Positions 56,956-64,000 of a DNA stretch of 64,000 nucleotides are shown piece after piece (the stretch's first letter is position 1; the number at the start of each line of letters is the position of its first letter). A program made the translations under genes and the position numbers. This DNA comes from a virus. Its lineage: Duplodnaviria; Caudoviricetes. The DNA lies in the IMG/VR virus record IMGVR_UViG_3300028888_000093, positions 1 to 64,000 of that record; one strand, written 5' to 3'. The notes beneath the pieces are model-generated. The model was not told the DNA's origin, did not search any database, and saw only the letters and a list, made by a program, of their open reading frames with translations.

Positions 56956-59900
56956 ATGGCAAATACTTACAACGAAAAAATAAACAGAACAACCGACTGG
57001 GGTGGAGATTTCAGTACCAGTGGATTGCCTGTGACAGGTTATAGGGTGCAGGAATTCATCAAAAGTGAATTATGGGGTAAAATAGGTTCTATATACAAGC
57101 CAGAGGGTGGAAACAAGGTTTATTGTTTCTCAAACGATGATGACAAGCAGGAATTTATAGAGACTGGTAACGAATTATTGGCATTGTCATCATTTGAGAC
57201 CGTATCAAATTTCAGTGTCAGAATCAATACTGAAACTCTTGTTAGGTCTTATAGTGTGATTAATGGAACAACAGGAAACACCATATCATTTCAATTTATG
57301 ATTTCCGACAAGGATGGGATGATTTCAGATTCCAGAGCATCAATTGAATATTCGTTCCTATCACAAGGAATTGTCCAAAAATATACGAATGAAGTTCAAA
57401 TGAATGGTGATGGTTGGACAACAGTGACCAGTGAGGTTTTGGATAGGTATTTGCGTAACGGTGAAAATACCATAACTATCGCCATAACGGGACTTTCAAC
57501 AAAGACTACATCTCAGTTTATTGTAACGTACAACTTGTTTGATTTGTCGTATGAAACAATGTTTGAATACAATGTTGTTCAAACAGGAAATACTATTGCT
57601 GTTCCGTATATGGTGGAATGTACAGACACAAAATACTTGGTGTTTTATATTGATGGTGTTGAAGTGAATCCATATGAAAGCACCGTAATTGCCGATTATA
57701 GAAAAGACAGTACAGCGAATTTGAATATTTCCGATTTGGAACCTGGATTGCACACATTGCAAACATATGCATATGTTAGAGCTAATGATGGCACAATATT
57801 CAAATCAAACATTTATTATTATACATTTGCGGTTGACGGAAATGTCGCACCTTCATTTTTGATGTCATTGGTGCTACCGAACACACAATTAATTGCATTG
57901 AATGGTGCCGCATTGACTGTATATACCAAACAATTCGAACAAATTCATTTTGACTGGTCCATGTACGATTACAGGGAGAGAAAACTGGTTGTTAATTTTG
58001 AATTCGCTGGAGATGTCATAACCAAAACAGTGGTCGACAAAAACGGGGAAATAAACACATTTATGTTCAGACCAATGGATTATGGCTATGCGAAGCCTTT
58101 GATTGTCTATGCCCTCGACGATGAAGATAACAGGTTGTTCGAATATACTGTATATTTTGATGTTGAGGAAACTGATATGGGTATAAGGGAAACAACTGAC
58201 GGCTTGTTGTTGAAACTCCAATCACAAGGAAGAAGAAACACTGATTTGAATCGTGATAACTGGTCTTGTATTGGTAACGACGGTAATGAATATAAAGCCA
58301 CATTTAACAATTTCACTTGGAGTGAACAGTGTGGATGGGATTCAAACACTGAATCGTTGGTTATTTCAAATGGTGCCACGGTTGGTTTCAATATCCAGCC
58401 AATGATAAATGAATGGGAGAGAAACGGCGGTACAATTGAAATAGACCTTGAAACTTTTGACATTGAAGATGACAATGCGGTTATATGTGAGTGTTTCAAT
58501 AGTATTCCAGAGAAACCTTCGGCTTATTTCAGGGTGACATCCACAAAAGCTGAATTTTCAACAAAGGATGGTATTTCCATAAACACGAGATATAAAGACA
58601 ATGAAAGGCTTAAAATCGCCTTTATCGGAAATAAGGTTGGAAATCATGAGGACGGCAATTTGATTTATATTGTTGTCAATGGTGTTCTTGAGCGTGCCGC
58701 TTTGTATGAGGATACTGACAAATTGTATTCTGACGCATTTTTACAAATAGGTAATCCTGACGGCTTGTGCAAGGTGAGATTGCGTTCAATCCGTGTTTAT
58801 AACAAAGCAATAACGGTTGATGAAGCATTTAACAATTATGTTGTTGATTCTGATGATGTACAGACAATATATGAAAAAAACAATGTATTAAAACCTGGCA
58901 CAAACGAAATCGGTTTTGATGAAGTGGCAAACAAACTTCCTGTGATGATTTTCACAGGAGATATGGGTGAATTAGCCAAAAACGGGCAGGATAAAAAATG
59001 GAGATATTTTGATGTGGAATATATCAACAGGCAGGAACCAGCAAGAAATTTCGTATCTTTTAATTGCAGAATGAAACTTCAGGGTACATCTTCATTGGGT
59101 TATCCCCGTAAAAACTTCAAATTAAGTACAAAAGACAAGAATTTCAATAAAGACATCTATGCCGCATCAATTTATGAACTTGACCCGAATTCACAGATAA
59201 GCAATTTGATGCTTAGAAACAAGAGGACGGGCAAACAACTTGATGTTGGTGATTTGAACGGTAATTGCTTCACGTTTGATTATGAAGGAAAACCTTTGAA
59301 AAAGGGTAAATATAGATTTAAAGAAGGAAGTCATAAAGCGGATAAATGGACACTTAAGGCTGATTTTATGGAATCATCTTGTTCACACAATGTTGCCGCT
59401 GGACGTAGTTGGAATGATATTTTTGAAAATACACTATTTGAATTAACTTTGGATGCTGGATATACGAATAACACATATAAGGATTCTGCGTTGGTTGATT
59501 CTAGAGAATATATTGAATACAACAGAGCAGATGGCGCACATTGTAAGATAAATAACAACACTGAAGAAATCAAAGCACAAAAGAAATATGTTTGCCGTAC
59601 AGATGCACAAAAAATATGTCATGCTGAAAATGCGGACGATATAAGAACGGCGGTTGATGGTTTCCCAATGGTTTGTTTCTATAGAACGTCACATAAAACA
59701 AACAATCTTGTTTTTATGGGCCAATATAACTTTATAAATGATAAAGGTTCATATGAGGTTTTCGGCTTTGAGGATATTGAGAAACCAGACGACGAAGACA
59801 CCTTTATTTATGATGCTTCAAAGGTTGAATGTTGGGAGGGTTTGAAAAACGCCAATCCAATTTCATTGTTCAAGACAATTGACAATTGGGAAGACCCTGA

Positions 59901-62900
59901 AGTTGGTTGGGCGTCAACATATGAGTCAAGATATCCAGACCCTGATGATTATGGTGTTGATGGAAAGAAATGGTATGACGCTTCTGTCGGCTCTCCATTG
60001 TATGAATTAAGTAAATGGCTTGTTTCAACAAGACATGAATCCGATACAATTTACAACGGAACGTTGAATATAGACGCTTCGTTTGCAAAGAGAATCAATG
60101 ATTATCAATACGGTTATACAGTTGATACCCAAGATTCGTTCGAATATGCTGAGGGTGTAAATCTTGAAGATAATGCCGAAAACAGACAGAAAAAATTTGA
60201 AACCGAAAAGTGGGAACACTTCGATGTGTGGAAACTTGCTGGTTATTACATTTATCTTATGAGATATGGAGCTGTGGACCAGTTTGTTAAAAACACTATG
60301 TTATTTACCGACGGTAATGGAAAATATGACAATAGAAGTGATAACAAATACAGGAAATGGTTCTTCCTTAACTATGATAACGACTGTTTGTTCGGTTTGA
60401 GAAACAACGGTGAAATTGCATTTGACTGGAAATTGGACAGGCAAACACTTGATGGTGCAAATGACATCATCGAAGACGACAACAACAATGAAGAAGGCGA
60501 TGTAAACACCTATGCCATGATGGGTCATGATTCAACTCTATGGAATAACCTTGAAAGAGATGATGAATTCATGCGCATGGTTCGTGACCTTGACAATGCA
60601 ATGAGCACTTTCGGACTTAACTATAATAATATGGTTAAGGAATTCGACACAAACCAGACAGAACAATGGTGTGAGAGAATTTACAATGCAAACGAAAGAT
60701 ATAAATATATACAGGCGGCAAAAGGTATCGGTGATATGAGCGGAAATCCAGTAAACAACCTATGGATGTTACAGGGTACACGTAGGTCTCACAGACACTG
60801 GTGGATTGCAAACCATTTCAACCTGCTTGATGCAAAATGGTTGTCTGGTGACTATAAAAACACATATGTACAACTTAAAACCGACTGTTTTGCTGGAGAC
60901 ACCATTCGTGCAAGTGCTGGTACTGACTATTATTTCGCGTGGGGACAACAGAAGAAGATTTACGAGAGCAACATGGTTAGAGAAGAAGGAGAGGCAATTG
61001 ATTTTGTGTTCGACACGAATCAAGTGCAAGGAGACCCTGTTTACATATATGCAATAAATAAAATGTCAACTTTGGACTTTTCAGGTATTGCTTATAAGGT
61101 AGCCGCTGGTTCATTTGAGTTCCATGTTGGAGACACAAATGTGGCGAATTTGTTAAAAAAACTCATCATAGGTAACCCCAATGTGGTAAACAGGATGACA
61201 GGTATCGCTACTTCAACATGGGCTTCTCTGACAAACCTTGAATATCTCGACATCACTAACTATAACGGTATCAAAACTGTTCCTTTGTCATCGTTCAAAA
61301 ATATTCACACTTTGAAGGCGAACGGAAGCTCATTGGGTAGTTTCGTTCCAGCGAATGGTTGTAATTTTGACCTTATTGAACTTCCTAACACGATTGCAAC
61401 AATCGAAATGAATGACATTGGTATTAACAATCTTGTTACTGACTTCAAATATACACCGAACACAACGCTGGATAGCTTTACCTTAAGCAACAACGCTGGA
61501 GTTGGTATGACATATTACAACAACATCATCAAACCTTGGATTAATTCAATTGAGGCTTCTGCAAATGCAGGTGCATTATATAGAGAATGCAAGATTGATG
61601 TCAGTGATATCAACTGGAGTTTCTCAAAATTGTCAGACTTGTTGATATTCAGGAATTTCAGGGACTATGCCAAACCTAATAACTTCAATTTGAGAGGTTA
61701 TATCGATATTACGGCTTGTGGTAACCTGTCAATGGATAATATTAATGAAATCATACACATATTTGGTGACAACTGCTTCTCCGAAACAATGGGTTCATTG
61801 TATATCAAAACCCCTAACAGTGTATTTATCGACTTACCGAAAAACGAGATAGTTGCTGGTGAAACAATTACAATTTCAAGAACAATATATCCTTCTGAAA
61901 GCGCAATTGCAGACCTGAATCCTGACATACAATATTATATTGTACGTGAAACAGAGCTTACACCCGAAGAGGATGAAAGAGTGATTGAGGATGTTCTTAC
62001 TGGTAAAAAATACTTGCCAGTCGAAGATTTGAGTACAGTAAGACAGGGAATAACCCTTACAAACACTGTAGACGAAAATGGAAAACAAATAGCAGTGCTT
62101 TCGACTGACGAGATTGTGACCAATAGGGATACAGATTTGTTGTTGCTTGTTAATATGAAGATTATAGGACAATTCAATGATTGTGTTTCTGTTGCACAAT
62201 TCAAGATTAAAGACCCGACATATGCGACAACTTCAAACATCATTGGTGAAACTTCATTGTACAAAAACAAAGAATATACATTTGAATTGAAATTGTTTAC
62301 GAATAGCAACGTTCCACCTATCGGAAGCTATAATGTTTCTTGGGAATTAAGTGGTTCAGGAATTAGTAACTATATTGATGAGTATTATCCTTCTGGTGAC
62401 CATGATTTACGCTTCACCATTAAGACAAATCAGAACCAGCCAGAAACTTCCGAGCCGTTGTTTATCAAGACATTTGTAACAAACCACAACTCCACAAATG
62501 TTTCAACATCAATCAAGGTTTTGATTCTCAATGAAAATGTCATTATGACAAGTGAATCCAATCCAGTTGTCATGGCTAAGTGTTATCAACAAGGATGGAC
62601 AAACGGAAGTCCAGATGCTATGAGAAAAGACCAGGCTGAGGCTATCACAAGCATCGGTGGAGTATTCAGCGGTATTACCGAAAAATTCTCATTCTACGAA
62701 TTCCAGTATTTTATCAATGTTGTTGATATTTCGGAAAATGCATTCAAGAATTCAAAGCTAACCACAATTGTCTTGCCGACAACTGTTCGAACTCTTGGAA
62801 ATGGTACATTCAACGGATGCCAGGAACTTACCGATGTTTTGTTGAACTGCGGAGAAAAGGGAAATGGGGAAACGGTTTATAGAAACGAGCTTCCGTCTGC

Positions 62901-64000
62901 TGTTACAGAAGTTCCAGAATCTTGTTTCTTGGGATGCAAAAAACTTGGAAAACTTATTTTGGGTGAAAACATAACAGCAATAAGGAATTTTGCTTTTGGT
63001 GATACAAACTTCACATATGCATTGTTGCGCGATGCTGAACTTGGTGATGGTGTGTTGATATTGCCTGATTCATTAACAATCATAGAAAAGAACGCTTTTG
63101 AACAAACAGAGTGGAGCAGGACATCAACAACAAACAAACTTAAAGTACTTTCATTCCCTCCACAATTAAACGTTTCAAGAGACCTACAGTTGCTATATGG
63201 TAAAAACTATGAGGAATTCATTCTGTCAAGCGCACAGACCATCTATATGACTATAGACGGCGTCCTGTTTGATGGAAGAATGGCTACATTGATAAAATAC
63301 CCAGCAAACAAGGCGTATGTTGATTTGTATGAAGTAAATAACGTCACAACTCTTAACGATTATGCTTTCTTTGGTGTTCAGAATATGGGAACACTTGTTT
63401 CTCCAACAACACTTGGTGCAAGAGGTATGGGCGTTCATGTGTTTGAGGATTCGAAGATAAACACAATAGACCTGAGAAATTCTGTCAACCTTACAGAACT
63501 TCCAACATATACATTCTACAATTGTAACGAAACGGAACACATCTATCTACCTAACGAGGGTTCAATCAAGACGTTTGGAACACATACGTTTGACGGTTGT
63601 ACATCATTGCTTGAGATTGAAATTCCTTATGGCGTGGAAACATTTGACAACGGTGGACAAGCTGGTGGAAACTACTATGCAAGTAATGTGTTTGTTGGTT
63701 GTAACAGTTTGGCTGAGATAAACTTACCAGAAACATTGACAAGTGCTGGTTATAACGTTGTTAAGGATTGTGCAAATGTTGAAACGGTTAAGTTTCCGAC
63801 ATATATCAAGTATTCAAGCATGAATCCAAGTTCTTCAAATATTACGGACCAACGAAACACATTGTTTAATTGTCCTAAGCTTAAGACTGTTTTTATACCT
63901 GTGTTCTCATACACAAACGAAGATGATGAAAATGTCATTGTCAACCAGAACTTCCCGCAATTCTATACAAACTGTCCTAATATCGAGGAATTTGTTTTGC
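56956..64000 (+). CDS. Giant (>2,348 aa, 3'-truncated) protein: Ig-like/LamG-like, CotH-kinase-like and BspA-type LRR domains
   Basis: ATG 56956; absent from the ORF track, consistent with no stop in the window. Starts MANTYNEKINRTTDWGGD. LamG-like VVNGV..IRVYNKAIT. CotH-like QGTSSLGYPRKNF, LKADFMESS, DGFP, GQYNF, DQFVKN, YDND. LRR-like IVLPTTVRTLGNGTFNGCQEL and FDGCTSLLEIEIP. Confidence 0.85.
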   Translation, partial: MANTYNEKINRTTDWGGDFSTSGLPVTGYRVQEFIKSELWGKIGSIYKPEGGNKVYCFSNDDDKQEFIETGNELLALSSFETVSNFSVRINTETLVRSYSVINGTTGNTISFQFMISDKDGMISDSRASIEYSFLSQGIVQKYTNEVQMNGDGWTTVTSEVLDRYLRNGENTITIAITGLSTKTTSQFIVTYNLFDLSYETMFEYNVVQTGNTIAVPYMVECTDTKYLVFYIDGVEVNPYESTVIADYRKDSTANLNISDLEPGLHTLQTYAYVRANDGTIFKSNIYYYTFAVDGNVAPSFLMSLVLPNTQLIALNGAALTVYTKQFEQIHFDWSMYDYRERKLVVNFEFAGDVITKTVVDKNGEINTFMFRPMDYGYAKPLIVYALDDEDNRLFEYTVYFDVEETDMGIRETTDGLLLKLQSQGRRNTDLNRDNWSCIGNDGNEYKATFNNFTWSEQCGWDSNTESLVISNGATVGFNIQPMINEWERNGGTIEIDLETFDIEDDNAVICECFNSIPEKPSAYFRVTSTKAEFSTKDGISINTRYKDNERLKIAFIGNKVGNHEDGNLIYIVVNGVLERAALYEDTDKLYSDAFLQIGNPDGLCKVRLRSIRVYNKAITVDEAFNNYVVDSDDVQTIYEKNNVLKPGTNEIGFDEVANKLPVMIFTGDMGELAKNGQDKKWRYFDVEYINRQEPARNFVSFNCRMKLQGTSSLGYPRKNFKLSTKDKNFNKDIYAASIYELDPNSQISNLMLRNKRTGKQLDVGDLNGNCFTFDYEGKPLKKGKYRFKEGSHKADKWTLKADFMESSCSHNVAAGRSWNDIFENTLFELTLDAGYTNNTYKDSALVDSREYIEYNRADGAHCKINNNTEEIKAQKKYVCRTDAQKICHAENADDIRTAVDGFPMVCFYRTSHKTNNLVFMGQYNFINDKGSYEVFGFEDIEKPDDEDTFIYDASKVECWEGLKNANPISLFKTIDNWEDPEVGWASTYESRYPDPDDYGVDGKKWYDASVGSPLYELSKWLVSTRHESDTIYNGTLNIDASFAKRINDYQYGYTVDTQDSFEYAEGVNLEDNAENRQKKFETEKWEHFDVWKLAGYYIYLMRYGAVDQFVKNTMLFTDGNGKYDNRSDNKYRKWFFLNYDNDCLFGLRNNGEIAFDWKLDRQTLDGANDIIEDDNNNEEGDVNTYAMMGHDSTLWNNLERDDEFMRMVRDLDNAMSTFGLNYNNMVKEFDTNQTEQWCERIYNANERYKYIQAAKGIGDMSGNPVNNLWMLQGTRRSHRHWWIANHFNLLDAKWLSGDYKNTYVQLKTDCFAGDTIRASAGTDYYFAWGQQKKIYESNMVREEGEAIDFVFDTNQVQGDPVYIYAINKMSTLDFSGIAYKVAAGSFEFHVGDTNVANLLKKLIIGNPNVVNRMTGIATSTWASLTNLEYLDITNYNGIKTVPLSSFKNIHTLKANGSSLGSFVPANGCNFDLIELPNTIATIEMNDIGINNLVTDFKYTPNTTLDSFTLSNNAGVGMTYYNNIIKPWINSIEASANAGALYRECKIDVSDINWSFSKLSDLLIFRNFRDYAKPNNFNLRGYIDITACGNLSMDNINEIIHIFGDNCFSETMGSLYIKTPNSVFIDLPKNEIVAGETITISRTIYPSESAIADLNPDIQYYIVRETELTPEEDERVIEDVLTGKKYLPVEDLSTVRQGITLTNTVDENGKQIAVLSTDEIVTNRDTDLLLLVNMKIIGQFNDCVSVAQFKIKDPTYATTSNIIGETSLYKNKEYTFELKLFTNSNVPPIGSYNVSWELSGSGISNYIDEYYPSGDHDLRFTIKTNQNQPETSEPLFIKTFVTNHNSTNVSTSIKVLILNENVIMTSESNPVVMAKCYQQGWTNGSPDAMRKDQAEAITSIGGVFSGITEKFSFYEFQYFINVVDISENAFKNSKLTTIVLPTTVRTLGNGTFNGCQELTDVLLNCGEKGNGETVYRNELPSAVTEVPESCFLGCKKLGKLILGENITAIRNFAFGDTNFTYALLRDAELGDGVLILPDSLTIIEKNAFEQTEWSRTSTTNKLKVLSFPPQLNVSRDLQLLYGKNYEEFILSSAQTIYMTIDGVLFDGRMATLIKYPANKAYVDLYEVNNVTTLNDYAFFGVQNMGTLVSPTTLGARGMGVHVFEDSKINTIDLRNSVNLTELPTYTFYNCNETEHIYLPNEGSIKTFGTHTFDGCTSLLEIEIPYGVETFDNGGQAGGNYYASNVFVGCNSLAEINLPETLTSAGYNVVKDCANVETVKFPTYIKYSSMNPSSSNITDQRNTLFNCPKLKTVFIPVFSYTNEDDENVIVNQNFPQFYTNCPNIEEFVL

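Noticed and set aside
122-63944. Numerous 60-160-aa antisense or alternative-frame ORFs in the track
   Set aside because: They are shadows of long genes, with no recognisable motifs or promoters.
1-64000. Stop-codon reassignment (TAG to Gln, as in Lak or some crAss-like phages), prompted by the in-frame TAG-GCA-ATG junction at 48802-48810
   Set aside because: Genes are intact and densely tiled in code 11, and TAG occurs at natural gene ends, several followed by terminators or further stops. In-frame junctions also occur after TAA.
1-64000. CRISPR array, diversity-generating retroelement, intron/intein, homing endonuclease, integrase or transposase
   Set aside because: No spaced repeats, reverse transcriptase, adenine-variable repeat pair, or intein/HNH/LAGLIDADG motifs seen. 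RecA and helicase lengths leave no room for inteins.

Overview
A 64-kb segment of a large AT-rich tailed phage (T4-like or jumbo myovirus architecture) using the standard genetic code, almost all on the + strand. The host is probably Bacteroidetes (inference from Shine-Dalgarno-free, A-rich start contexts and BspA-type LRRs). Order: 5'-truncated baseplate-hub/amidase protein; putative head proteins; a replication/recombination block (gp32-like SSB, thymidine kinase, UvsX/RecA, PhoH, 5'-3' exonuclease, DnaB-like helicase) interrupted by single-gene late cassettes, one encoding a GP88-like Cys-cluster protein; a 12-kb glycan-biosynthesis cluster (about nine glycosyltransferase domains, an epimerase and a FkbM methyltransferase); a lipoate-ligase-like gene and fibre genes; the baseplate/tail module; and a >2,300-aa 3'-truncated protein with CotH-kinase-like and LRR domains that the ORF track misses. 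Two promoter classes are visible: TTGACA/TTGTTT-N16-17-TANNNT and a late motif CTATTTAT. The main candidate novelty is a short motif, S-[G/A]-x-T, found about 30 times in the virion proteins but only 3 times in about 8,000 aa of the other proteins (hand count). Sitting next to the glycosyltransferase cluster, it suggests a phage-encoded, sequon-directed virion modification (probably O-glycosylation) system. All family calls come from motif recognition by eye, not database searches.
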